A stretch of DNA of 64,000 bases from an uncultured archaeon. Lineage in GTDB: Archaea > Thermoproteota > Bathyarchaeia > Bathyarchaeales > Bathycorpusculaceae. A program made the position numbers and the translations under genes. Below are positions 1 through 9,545 of the stretch, piece by piece; positions within the stretch are counted from its first letter, which is position 1, and each line of letters begins with the position of its first letter. The notes under the pieces are model-generated. The model saw nothing but the letters and a program-made list of their open reading frames with translations. It was not told the DNA's origin and made no database searches. The stretch spans positions 96,001 through 160,000 of the forward strand of contig CAWALK010000023.1 of NCBI GenBank assembly GCA_963782915.1, read 5' to 3'.

Positions 1-9
1 AACTGAGGT

Positions 10-290
10 CTTGTGCTCGCACCAGCCTACCCCCCCTCTATTTATAGGCACAACAAATGCAGAGGAAAACGGAGTCCTGTCAAGCGTTTGTTGGTTTTTG
101 GCGTTGGGGTATAGGCGTTTGTAGGTTGATTTTTAGGTTTGCTATGCGTCTGTGCCAGGGGCTAAACGGGTTAGGGATTTAAGCGGGGCTTTGTTGCTCT
201 GCCAGCTACCCCCCTCCCCTATATATACACTAAATTTCTGAATAACTTTGCAAACAATGAACAGCGCAATGCAAATCGGGCAATAGCATA
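10..290 (+). repeat. Dispersed intergenic repeat modules (C-string+TATA-like module; CAATGCAA..GGGCAAT module)
   Basis: 30-230 resembles 22376-22575 in the order TATTTATAGGC..TGCAGA..GCGTTTGTTGGTT..CTATGCG..AGGGGC..TTTGTTGCT.TGCCA..CCCT; 247-289 resembles 56207-56260. Confidence 0.6.
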
Positions 291-427
291 GCCATCCAAT
301 CCTTTAACCGACGGGCAGCAACAAACCGCTTGCGCCCTTAAGGAATCTCCAAAAACAAAAAACACATAACGAATAGCACAATTAAAAAAATAGTAAAAGC
401 AGAACTGTTTTACAGTTGATAGTGGAC

Positions 428-630
428 TATTTCCGTGCCGCCTGGTTCTTGGGTTCCTTTGCTTGCCGCTTCACCGTTTTGTGTGTTAGGCGCTTCATTT
501 CTGCAGGCGGTATATTGCCCTTAGACGGCATTAACAAATCCGGAGAGGGCCCTTTGCGACAGGTTTTTCAGGAATTTGCTCCATTTTATGGATGTTTTCT
601 CCATGACGACTATGAATATTCTTTGACATA
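428..630 (-). CDS. Possible small basic protein (~67 aa, needs one frameshift)
   Basis: Manual minus-strand reading MSKNIHSRHGENIHKMEQIPEKPVAKG / PSPDLLMPSKGNIPPAEMKRLTHKTVKRQAKEPKNQAARK*; no recognisable motif. Confidence 0.25.
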
Positions 631-808
631 AAAAGCACCAAAACCAAAGCACATTTTGCAGCCAATAAGTTTTTGTGACTACAACAGTGAGCATCCATCT
701 ACATAGTCAACGACTGAAACTATTTGCCGAGGGCATGAACCAAAACGGCTTCACCGTATTCACAAAAACCAAAACATAAGGCAACGCCAATAACAACACT
801 AAAGCGCC

Positions 809-846
809 TGTTGCTTTGCCAAAGACCCCCTATCCCCTATAAAAAG
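809..846 (+). repeat. C-string/TATA-like repeat module
   Basis: TGTTGCTTTGCCAAAGACCCCCTATCCCCTATAAAAAG is nearly identical to 22535-22572. Confidence 0.7.
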
Positions 847-893
847 AACCTTTTGTTCTCAGATTAGTCCCCGTTAAAAAAAGCCAAGGCTTT

Positions 894-1238
894 TTACGTG
901 GACGTTTTAATTTTGGCTGTTCCTATAGCCCATTTCTTTGCTGCATCCAACTCTTCTGCATCTGGGTGTCCCCGCTTAACAAACCCCAAGCCCCCGCCAA
1001 AACAGCTAAAATGATTATTGAGCATTCGCTGACCCTTAGCATCCAATGCACCTCCTAATGTGTCGATGACGTTTTTGTCAGCTATCCCTTTGCCCCAGCC
1101 AAAGCAAGTCATGAATAACGCAAACTGCTTTTTACCGTTTAGACGCACTGTTTGGAGGTAGCCTAGAAGGTCCTGGTGTGGTTGCCCTTTGTATATGCCT
1201 GTGCCAATGAATACGGTATCATAATCATTGATGCTCAC
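894..1238 (-). CDS. Flavodoxin-domain protein, apparently lacking the N-terminal FMN-binding loop
   Basis: DYDTVFIGTGIY..GKKQFALFMT..GHPDAEELDAAKKWA pattern; no SxxGNT N-terminus. Confidence 0.65.
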   Translation of the reverse strand: MSINDYDTVFIGTGIYKGQPHQDLLGYLQTVRLNGKKQFALFMTCFGWGKGIADKNVIDTLGGALDAKGQRMLNNHFSCFGGGLGFVKRGHPDAEELDAAKKWAIGTAKIKTST

Positions 1239-1366
1239 CGCGGGGGTAAAGCGGATTATATGGGTTTCGCAGGGAAAGACCCTGTGTTTTTGGGCTGGGT
1301 TAAAGACTTATTCAGTTATTATTGGGAAAAAGGAAAACGGCTATAAGCGCTAGCCGATTGGCGCAA

Positions 1367-2104
1367 CTATTTTTCGAGAAGCGTTTGTAGTAGCTTGATT
1401 GCTGCCCATGCCGCCAACGCGCTGGTATGCGGATTGTCTGGGTGTGGGTCGTTTGCGAAGCGTAGGGCCATTTCGCCGTATCGCCATTTGATGTTGATTT
1501 CGTGGGTGTTGCGTGTGACTTTAGGGTCGCTGATCACTCTAACTTTTACTTGGACCGGCTTAACCGTTAACGCCAAAGTGGCTGCAACGTTCATTTCCCG
1601 GGGGAACTGCCGTGCCGCCTCTTTCGCGGTGCCTTCATAGATTATTGCTTCTTCGGTGTTTGTTTTGTTTAGTGCTTTGGGGTTTTTGCGTGACGTTATC
1701 GTTACTTCGTCGATGCCTGCGTTGGCTGCTGCGGCGATGGCGTCTAATCCTCCGATTGCGCCCGCTGGAAAATGCACTTTGGGCTCATCCGCGTTTAAGC
1801 TAAGTAGTGCGCCTGTGCTCATTATGATTATTTCAGTGTTTGACTCCACCAGTTTCTCGTAGTAGTCGCGGACTGCCTGCTGCCCCGCTGCCTCCACTAT
1901 GACTTTGGGTTTGGAGGCAATTAATTCGTCAACGCTGCTTGCGATTTTAACTCGGAACTGGAGGTCATGCTTTAGTTTCTGGGCTTTGGCGGCGTCAGTG
2001 TCGAAGACGACGAGTTCGTCGCAGACAACTATTTTGCGGTCAATTGCTTCTGCTAGGACGGTGCCGATTGCGCCGCATCCGATTAAACCAACTTTTTTTG
2101 CCAT
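1367..2104 (-). CDS. nadX: L-aspartate dehydrogenase (NadX family)
   Basis: GLIGCGAIG Rossmann motif, GAIGGLD, FPxxMNVAA, NPHTSALAA. Confidence 0.88.
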   Translation of the reverse strand: MAKKVGLIGCGAIGTVLAEAIDRKIVVCDELVVFDTDAAKAQKLKHDLQFRVKIASSVDELIASKPKVIVEAAGQQAVRDYYEKLVESNTEIIIMSTGALLSLNADEPKVHFPAGAIGGLDAIAAAANAGIDEVTITSRKNPKALNKTNTEEAIIYEGTAKEAARQFPREMNVAATLALTVKPVQVKVRVISDPKVTRNTHEINIKWRYGEMALRFANDPHPDNPHTSALAAWAAIKLLQTLLEK

Positions 2105-2115
2105 AATTTTTCACT

Positions 2116-4585
2116 TTAGTATTCTGGTTTTATGTATACTTGAGTTTGGGCGACTTGTCTGCCCTCAGCTTTTTCAGCTATTACTTTTATGTTTTCGATT
2201 TTTAGGGTTGCTGCGATGTCGATGGTTGCTTGGCGTATTGCGACGGCGGTGGCGTCGTCTGCGGTGTAGATGGTTAAGTTTTTGATGGGTGCGTTGAGTG
2301 AGAGTTTCTTTTCTGCTTTGTCGCGGCGGATTTCGCTCATTATGGCGGTGATTAAGTCGCCGTCTTTCTCAGCTGCCTCATCAACCAGTGAGGCGTTGAA
2401 CTTTGGCCATTGCGAAACCTGTATGCTCTTGTAGCCTTTGCCATCCATGTACATGTACTGATAGATTTCTTCTGCCATGTGTGGGGTGACTGGGGCGAGG
2501 AGTTGTAGCATGCGGTAGAGTACCTCATAGAGGGTGTGTTGTGCTGCGGCGGTGTTTGCTTTGCCGTAGACTTCGGGGCGGTATAATCTGTCTTTGATGG
2601 CTTCGACGTAGAAGTCGCAGAAGACGTGCCAGGTGAAGTTGCGGATTTCCTCTACTGCGATGTTGAATTGGCATTTTTCGTAGGCTTCGGTGACTTTTTT
2701 GGTGATGTTCTCGGTTTTGCTAAGGATCCATTTGTCGAGTAGTTGGAGGTCCATTTCGTCGCTGGCTTTTGGCGTATAGTTGCCCAGCAAGTTGCTTGCG
2801 AATCCGGAGGCATTCCAGAGTTTAACCAGGAAGCGTCTGCCGTATTCGACGTCTTGGGCGCGGTAGGGTATGTCTGAACCGGTTGCTCCTCCGCCTGCTG
2901 CCCATTGGCGGACTGCGTCGGCTCCGTACTTGTTGAGTGTTTCCGGTGCGGCAGCATAGTTTTTGAGTGATTTGCTCATTTTTCTGCCATCGGCGCCTAA
3001 GACCATGCCGTTGATGAGTACGCTGTTGAAGGGGCGCTCGTCGAAGAGTGCTAGGTGGCGTACCATGAGGTAGTATGCCCATGTGCGGATGATGTCGGTT
3101 CCGGATGGGTGTATGCTTGCCGGGATACAGGCGCTTCCAGTCCGCTCGGTCTGGCCAGCCAGCGTGGACGGCGCAGGTGATTGAGCTATCCATCCAAGTA
3201 TCCATAACATCCTGTTCGCCGCGGAAGTCTATGCCGCCACATTTGGGGCACTTCTCGATTCGTGGGCCCTCAAGCTTGGGGTCAATCGGAACCCAGCCTT
3301 CCTCCGCGATTATCATTTCGCCGCAACCCTTACAGAACCACACCGGGATCGGAGTGGCGAATAAGCGTTGGCGGCTGATTACCCAGTCCCAATTCAAGCG
3401 AATGCGCCCAGTCGATCAGGCGGTTACGCATGTAATCTGGGTACCAAGGTATTGCCTTAGCGTTCTCCTCAACTTTGTCAGTTAACTCCATGTTTTTCAT
3501 GAACCACTGTTTTACTTCGAGAATTTCGACGCCGGTCTTGCAGCGGTCGCAGACGCCGACTTCCTGCTGGATTTTTTCGCTCTTCTCAAGCAACCCAGCT
3601 TCGGTGAGGTCTTTGACTATGGCGGCTCGGGCTTGGTTAATGTAGAGGCCAGCGTATTTGCAGCCTGCCTCGCTAATTTGGCCGGTCTGGGTTATGAGGC
3701 GGATGACGGGGAGTTTGTGTTTTATGACCGTTTTTACGTCTTCCTTGTCGCCGTAGGTACAGATTTGCATGGCGCCAGTGCCGAATTTGGGGTCGACGGC
3801 TTCGTCAGTTATGATTGTGACTTCGCGGTTCATGAGTGGCACATTGATTTTTCTGCCAATGTATTTGGCGTAGCGTTCGTCTTTGGGGTTTACTTCGACG
3901 GCGACGCAGGCGGGGATGAATTCGGGGCGGGAAGTCGCAATCAGCAGGTACTCTTGCTGCCTGCGAGGTGGTATTTGATGTAGTGGAGCGTGCCCTCTTT
4001 TTTGACGTGGTCAACTTCTGCGTCGGCGATGGCTGTTTCGTCGCGTGGACACCAATTAACTGGATGTGTGCCCTGATACATGAAGCCCTTCTGGTAAAGT
4101 TGGATGAAGCTGAGTTGGGTGCGACGCCAATAGTCGGGGTCCATGGTTTTGTACTCTGTAGTCCAATCGATGGAGGCGCCCATTTTGAGGATGCCTTCCT
4201 TCATCATGGCAATGTATTTCTCGACCAGTTCGATGCACCAGGCGCGGAACTGGTCTGGGGGAACATCGCGTTTGCGGATGTTTTTGGCTTTTTCAACTTG
4301 GATCTCTATGCCTAAGCCGTGGCAGTCCCAGCCCTGCGGGAAGAGCACGTTGTAGCCTTGCATGCGTTTGTAGCGGGCTACCATGTCGAAGTACGTCCAG
4401 TTTAGGACGTTGCCCATGTGGAGTTCGCCTGAAGGGTAAGGCGGAGGCGTATCGATGCTATAGGGGACGCGTGATTTGTCGTTCCAGTCGTAGTGGTATA
4501 GGGCCATTTCTTCCCATTTGGCTTGCCATTTAGCTTCGATTTCAGTGAAATTGTAATCTTTAGGCATAGGCTGCATGAACATCAA
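2116..4585 (-). CDS. valS: Valine--tRNA ligase, split into 4 ORFs by indels (probable assembly errors)
   Basis: DTPPPYPSGELHMGN (HIGH), GWDCHG, DPKFGTG, WVISRQR, DTWMDSS, KMSKS, collinear across frames. Confidence 0.95.
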
Positions 4586-4753
4586 TCCTAATGTTACTGT
4601 TTGACTACAGCAAGACTAAGCTAAACCCTAAAAACATTACCCTAAATTAAAAAAAGTAATTTTGTGCCTTAGGGCTAATATTGCCGCCAATATAGAAACC
4701 TGCCGTTTAATCCCAAGCACTTAATCGTTTATTCACTTGGGCTATTGATTTTG

Positions 4754-5161
4754 CTAAAAAAACTCTCTCGGAGTCAGTATGCTTGTTTTTTTGTAGCAGC
4801 CCAGTTTAAGAAGATGGTTATCTCCTGTTATAATATAGTCAGCTCCAGATGCTACAGCGCATTCTATTATCTTATCGTCTTCAGCATCTTCATCTATGAT
4901 ATGCAACTTTAACTTTGGTTTGACTATTGTTGAGTTGACTTCGATGGCGCGTAGGATTTCTTTTTGTTTTACATCCGCCTTTTGTAGGACGGTGGCGATT
5001 TTTGGGTAAAGGAGGACTTTAGAGATTTCAAGTAGGATGTCAGGACTAATGTAAATTGTTAGGTCCTGTTTTGCTTGGGAAAACTCGTCGCTTAGAACCT
5101 TTTTCATAAAGATTGAAACCCAAACGTTGGTGTCCAAGACTACTTTGACTTTCTTGCCCAC
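4754..5161 (-). CDS. PIN-domain toxin (VapC-like, PIN_3)
   Basis: VVLDTNV, DAEDDKIIECA, IITGDNHLL; overlaps upstream antitoxin. Confidence 0.9.
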   Translation of the reverse strand: MGKKVKVVLDTNVWVSIFMKKVLSDEFSQAKQDLTIYISPDILLEISKVLLYPKIATVLQKADVKQKEILRAIEVNSTIVKPKLKLHIIDEDAEDDKIIECAVASGADYIITGDNHLLKLGCYKKTSILTPREFF

Positions 5162-5403
5162 TCGACTGCCTCAGCCACAATCGTATCGACATCAATAGAT
5201 TCTTCGCTGGTTGCTTTTTCAACTTTGTTGGCGATGTCCTCGATGGAGCCTTCCTTTGTTTTTCTCAGCAGTATGTCTCCATTGCGGGTAAGTACCAATA
5301 GTTTTTCGCCGCTTTTTACTCCCATTTTTTTGCGTACTTCTCTGGGAATTACCACTTGGCCCTTAGCCGAAACCTTGATTATGTCCTCAATCTGCTCTGA
5401 CAT
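5140..5403 (-). CDS. AbrB/MazE/SpoVT-family antitoxin
   Basis: KVSAKGQVVIPREVRKKMGVKSGEKL. Confidence 0.9.
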   Translation of the reverse strand: MSEQIEDIIKVSAKGQVVIPREVRKKMGVKSGEKLLVLTRNGDILLRKTKEGSIEDIANKVEKATSEESIDVDTIVAEAVEWARKSK

Positions 5404-5571
5404 ATGTCTCAGTTAGTCTTACAAGTAAATAAATTTTTACTTTTCCTCCTATGAGACAAGAATACTCATAAAACGTTTAAAGTAGCTTTTTAGAAAATAT
5501 ATCGATTTTTAATCAAGTGACTATTCAGGATAAAACAATGAAACAAACCGCATTCTTCTAAAGAGAAAGTA

Positions 5572-6344
5572 TCAGCATTTCTCACATGACTGCTTAGCCG
5601 TATTCCCACAGCATCTTGGATTATCAAAATAGTCACGACCAACCCGTATGATACTCTGGTCCTGAGTCAAAAGCGCAACCTCGTTTGGCCAATAGTAAGC
5701 GTCACAAGATTCTTCATGTCCGATATGAACATCGCCAAATTGCAGTATAGAACTCTAACTTCTCCGAGGTCTTTGAGGTCTTGGCTATCTGCGATTTCAG
5801 GAGTTACTGCGATGTTGAGTTTTACGCGGTGTTTTTCTTTGGCCTCTTTTAGGGCAGGATGGATTTCTTTAACTACCTCGGGCAAGGTCATGAACATTGT
5901 AATTTCCCGCTTAGACCCTTGAATCAGGAGTTTGAGGCGGTTAACGATGCTTTTTTGCCCACGCAGAATATATGCGATTTCGAGTTCCTCAGGCTTCTCC
6001 GCACTATCATAGATGGGCGTCAATTTGCTTATGATGACATCCGCCTGCTTCATCTTCCCATCTAACTCGTCTTTTAGTTGCTGTTTGAGGTTTGTGATTG
6101 CTTCGTTTGGTGCGATGGGGCGATAAATCGATGGGGTGCTCTGCTGTATGCTTATCATGCCTTTTTTGGATAGGCTGTCGAGTGCGTAGTAGATTTTTGA
6201 GTCTGGGATTTTGGTTTGGTTGCAGAGTGCGCTTGCTGTTATGTTGGGGTGGGTTAGGAGTGTGGTGTATGTTAGGGCTTCGTGGGTTGTGAGGTTGAGT
6301 TCTTTGAGTTGGGAGATTATTTGGTTTAGGGCGGTGTCTTCCAT
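5572..6344 (-). CDS. TrmB-family transcriptional regulator with Cys-rich C-terminal tail (frameshift near 5690)
   Basis: LTTHEALTYTTLL..IPDSKIYYALDSLSKKG wHTH; alternative frame continues NEVALLTQDQSIIRVGRDYFDNPRCCGNTAKQSCEKC* to 5572. Confidence 0.85.
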
Positions 6345-6392
6345 GGCGGGTTTTCTTCTTCTGGTTTCTGGTGAGTATGTGTGAGAAAACCG

Positions 6393-6425
6393 TTAAATAG
6401 TTTTCTACTACCAAAAAGTAGTAGA
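6393..6425 (+). promoter_or_regulatory. hgcA promoter: TATA-like box followed by perfect 8-bp inverted repeat (putative operator)
   Basis: TTAAATA at 6393-6399; TCTACTAC-CAAAAA-GTAGTAGA at 6404-6425, just upstream of the ATG. Confidence 0.6.
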
Positions 6426-6435
6426 GAATGAGAAA

Positions 6436-7482
6436 ATGAGTAAACAAACATGCGGATGCAGCACCGCCAAACCAACCACACAAACCCAAAAAACAGCAAC
6501 AAAAATACAGCCCACAACCTCCATCACGGGCAAAGTGGAACTAAAAGACCACATCCTCGCCCGCTTAGGAATCAACCGACAAAACCACACAGTAACCCCC
6601 GGATTATACTCACTGGGAAACCCCAACCCCAACACACCCGTCTTCGTAACCGCAAACTACACCCTAAGCTTCGACGCACTGCGCTCCTCGCTAAAAAACA
6701 AAGACGCCTACATCCTAGTCCTGGACACCATGGGAGTCAACGTTTGGTGTGCAGCAGGCAAAGGAACCTTCGGCACCGACGAATTATTAAGCAAAATCGA
6801 AGCCACCCATCTAGCCGATGTAGTCGCCCATCGAAAACTAGTTTTGCCCCAACTCGGCGCCTCAGGAGTCAACAGCTTCGAAGTTGAAAAGCAAAGCGGC
6901 TTCAAAGTCGAATTTGGCCCCGTACGGGCAGATGACCTTCCAGAGTACCTAAAAACTGGAAAAGCCACCGCAGAAATGCGGCAAGTAAAATACCCCCTAA
7001 AAGACCGAGCCGTGCTAATACCCGTAGAACTCAACTCGGCAATCCTTCCCCTCATTGTCTCAGTAATCGCACTGTACATTCTAGGCGGCGCCTATCCTGC
7101 AATCGCAGCTGCCACCGCAATCTTGGCGGGAACTGCCCTGTTTCCTTTAGCGTTGCCTTGGTTGCCAACTAAAGATTTCAGCTCAAAAGGTTTCATACTC
7201 GGTGGCGTCCTGTCGTTGCCTTTGGCTGCAGTGGCGTTCTTGAGTGCTCCAGCCTCGGTAATGTGGCTGCGGGTCGCGGCGGGTTTGGCTTACGTCTTGC
7301 TAATGGCACCAGTTACAGCGTACCTTGCACTAAACTTCACAGGCGCATCAACCTACACGAGTCGAACTGGTGTTAAAAAAGAAATCTTCCGCTACATCCC
7401 CGCCATGGCTGCCTCCCTGATAATCGGGACAGTTCTCGCAGGCATAGTCATTGGAATGCACTTCTTCGGAGGTGCAATATAG
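6436..7482 (+). CDS. hgcA: Mercury methylation corrinoid protein HgcA
   Basis: Cap-helix motif NVWCAAGKG, VTANY.LSFD.LR, LPQLGA.GV, FGPVRA.DLP, C-terminal TM helices with LNFTG.STYTS.TGV.KE; adjacent hgcB. Confidence 0.95.
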   Translation: MSKQTCGCSTAKPTTQTQKTATKIQPTTSITGKVELKDHILARLGINRQNHTVTPGLYSLGNPNPNTPVFVTANYTLSFDALRSSLKNKDAYILVLDTMGVNVWCAAGKGTFGTDELLSKIEATHLADVVAHRKLVLPQLGASGVNSFEVEKQSGFKVEFGPVRADDLPEYLKTGKATAEMRQVKYPLKDRAVLIPVELNSAILPLIVSVIALYILGGAYPAIAAATAILAGTALFPLALPWLPTKDFSSKGFILGGVLSLPLAAVAFLSAPASVMWLRVAAGLAYVLLMAPVTAYLALNFTGASTYTSRTGVKKEIFRYIPAMAASLIIGTVLAGIVIGMHFFGGAI

Positions 7483-7761
7483 ATGTTCAACTCCTACCAA
7501 GAAACCACCCTGCAATTTGACAAAGACAAATGCATCGGCTGCGGCAAATGCAGCACCGTGTGCCCACACAGAGTCTTTAGCCAAAATGGCAACAAGGCAG
7601 AACTCGTAAACCCGTCAGCATGTATGGAATGTGGCGCTTGCCAACTTAACTGCCCAGCAGGCGCAATAACCGTGGAAAGCGGCGTTGGCTGTGCTGGCGC
7701 TATGATTCGGGCGGCACTTAAGGGCGAAAAGCTTGATAGCGGCAACTGCAGTTGCGGATAA
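7483..7761 (+). CDS. hgcB: Mercury methylation 2[4Fe-4S] ferredoxin HgcB
   Basis: CIGCGKC..CPH.VF, diagnostic CMECGAC..NCP, GVGCA, C-terminal CSC; starts immediately after hgcA stop. Confidence 0.93.
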   Translation: MFNSYQETTLQFDKDKCIGCGKCSTVCPHRVFSQNGNKAELVNPSACMECGACQLNCPAGAITVESGVGCAGAMIRAALKGEKLDSGNCSCG

Positions 7762-7775
7762 GGAGGACACACAGC

Positions 7776-8228
7776 ATGAACAAGCCGGAGCCAGCTTTCA
7801 AGATTCGACCAGTTAGGGCTTGATGACCTAAAAACTATCTCGCTCCCTTCTTTTGGGGTACAAGTTGCCGTTGGATGGGCTCGAAGGGACAAAGTTGTGG
7901 GTTCTTGAGTTGGGCGGTGGAGAGGTTGTGGGGGTTGCGGGTTTGGAGTTGTATGGCAATCAGGGTTTGCTGCGTTCAGTTGCAGTCGCAGATAGCATGC
8001 ACAATCGTGGCTATGGAGCAGCGTTAGCTAACTATGTGATATGTGAGGCAAGGAAGAGTCGGGTGCAAGAATTGTTTTTGCTCACAACAACAGCTCCTGA
8101 GTTTTTCAAGAAATTGGGATTCAAAGAAGAAAAACCGAGAAAAAGTGGTCGGCGGCATTGTGGACTCCGTTGAGTTCAAAAGTGCTTGCCCCAAAACCGC
8201 CATCCTCATGCGTCTACCCCTGGCTTAA
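7776..8228 (+). CDS. arsN2: Arsenic-resistance GNAT N-acetyltransferase, ArsN2-like (frameshifted)
   Basis: GGAGG RBS at 7762; LPLDG..VVGVAGLELYG..GLLRSVAV..LFLLTTTA.EFF..LGF / S.EF..ACP.TA..M. Confidence 0.8.
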
Positions 8229-8232
8229 TTAT

Positions 8233-8580
8233 CTACACCTTTTTGGTGGGGTAGGCAGCTTTGCCTATCACTTCAGATAGCTTCTCAGAGGAGGGCACAC
8301 CGCCATAGAGCACCAATTCGCCGTTGATGAATAGAGCTGGCATTGCATCCATGCCGTACTTGTCAAACAGGGGTTTGAGTTTGCTGAAGTCGCCGATTTC
8401 TTTTCCGTAACGGACCTCGGTAGCAGTCACAACTTCAACTGAAGCTTCGACGTTACTTTTGCCCAGTACTTCCTTCACTTTTGCTTTGTACTGTTCATCC
8501 ATTGGTTTAAGGGCTGGGTTGCAGCAGGAGAAAGTGAGGATTGAGATTTGCATTTTATTGGTCATAGAGGTGCTTCCCAA
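8233..8580 (-). CDS. Thioredoxin-fold protein with vicinal CC, ArsD metallochaperone-like
   Basis: SCCNP near N-terminus, G.DAMPAL.INGE....GVPS; overlaps the arsA 3' end. Confidence 0.65.
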   Translation of the reverse strand: MGSTSMTNKMQISILTFSCCNPALKPMDEQYKAKVKEVLGKSNVEASVEVVTATEVRYGKEIGDFSKLKPLFDKYGMDAMPALFINGELVLYGGVPSSEKLSEVIGKAAYPTKKV

Positions 8581-9469
8581 CCTTTCTGAGGCTTTCTATT
8601 CCATAGATATCGGTGTCAAAGAGCGGTACGTCTTTTCTTAAGATAGTTTTGAATCTGGTTTCGATTTCTTTGAAGTACTTTTCTTGTGTTGCTCTTCGTC
8701 GTTCAAGAAACCAGTTGCCCTTGAGAACCTCTGGCGGAATAACCTCGTTAACAACCAGTGACGCTACGTTTATGCCAAATTTGGATAGATCGTCGATGGC
8801 TCGTGCTGTCTCCTCAATCGGCAACTTCTCGGGTAAAAGCACGAGGTTGAAGGCGGATATGGTTTCGTCCGAGAGGCTTTTCACAGCTTGGTCGTATCGC
8901 TGTTTTTCTTTCTTCAACCCTTCCAGCGTGCTTTCATCCACGCCGCCTAATGCTTCGGCGAGCTCTTTTCTGTTCTTGATTTGGTTAGTCATGTATCCCG
9001 ACCAATCAAACGGCATCGACAGCTCCCTGAGAGTATGTCCTGTGGGCGCTGTATCGAACACTACATGGTCATATTTTTTGTCGCCAAGATATGTTACGAA
9101 TTGGTCGAATGCCGCCATTTCTTCTGCGCAAGGGGTGCTGATGGCGTCTTTGCCAAGGATTTGGTCAAAGTTTTGCATCATGCCTTGGAGTCGGGTTTGG
9201 AAGATGCCTGTTGCTTTTTTGGGGTTGATGTTTAACCCGCAGAGGTTTTGGATCTTGTCTATTTTTGTGATTTCGGTTTCTCCTATTTTTTGTTCATAGG
9301 TTGCTGAGAGGCTCACTGTTGGGTCGGTTGCGACGATTAGGGTGTCGTAGCCTTGGTCGGCTAGCCAGACGGCTGTTGAGGCTGCCATGGTTGTTTTTCC
9401 TACGCCTCCTTTGCCGCCGAAGAAGAGAAATTTTCGGTTTTCTATGAGTTTTTTCATTTCTTGTGTCAT
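8555..9469 (-). CDS. arsA: ArsA/GET3-family ATPase (single domain)
   Basis: GKGGVGKTT P-loop, TDP, PCAEE (metalloid-site Cys), FDTAPTGHT signature. Confidence 0.85.
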   Translation of the reverse strand: MTQEMKKLIENRKFLFFGGKGGVGKTTMAASTAVWLADQGYDTLIVATDPTVSLSATYEQKIGETEITKIDKIQNLCGLNINPKKATGIFQTRLQGMMQNFDQILGKDAISTPCAEEMAAFDQFVTYLGDKKYDHVVFDTAPTGHTLRELSMPFDWSGYMTNQIKNRKELAEALGGVDESTLEGLKKEKQRYDQAVKSLSDETISAFNLVLLPEKLPIEETARAIDDLSKFGINVASLVVNEVIPPEVLKGNWFLERRRATQEKYFKEIETRFKTILRKDVPLFDTDIYGIESLRKVGKHLYDQ

Positions 9470-9484
9470 ATATCGGTCACACCA

Positions 9485-9533
9485 ATATCGGATAAACCGA
9501 TATGCTTATAAGATTTCGTGTCGGTATCCGATA
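9485..9533. promoter_or_regulatory. Divergent promoter with two TCGG..CCGA inverted repeats flanking a palindromic TATA
   Basis: ATATCGG-ATAAA-CCGATAT (9485-9503), CTTATAAG (9505-9512), TCGG-TAT-CCGA (9521-9531). Confidence 0.55.
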
Positions 9534-9545
9534 GTGGTCAACACC

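Noticed and set aside
190-230. C/G-strings as ORB elements of a replication origin
   Set aside because: No TTCCA.TGGAA core, no adjacent orc1/cdc6, and copies are scattered
2116-4585. Fragmented valS and many other split genes as pseudogenes or programmed frameshifts
   Set aside because: Indels hit essential and accessory genes alike, often in short homopolymers, with motifs intact; typical of long-read consensus error
6436-7482. HgcA as an ordinary CdhE/AcsC corrinoid protein
   Set aside because: It has the Cys cap-helix motif, a TM C-terminus and an adjacent HgcB, and lacks the other CFeSP domains
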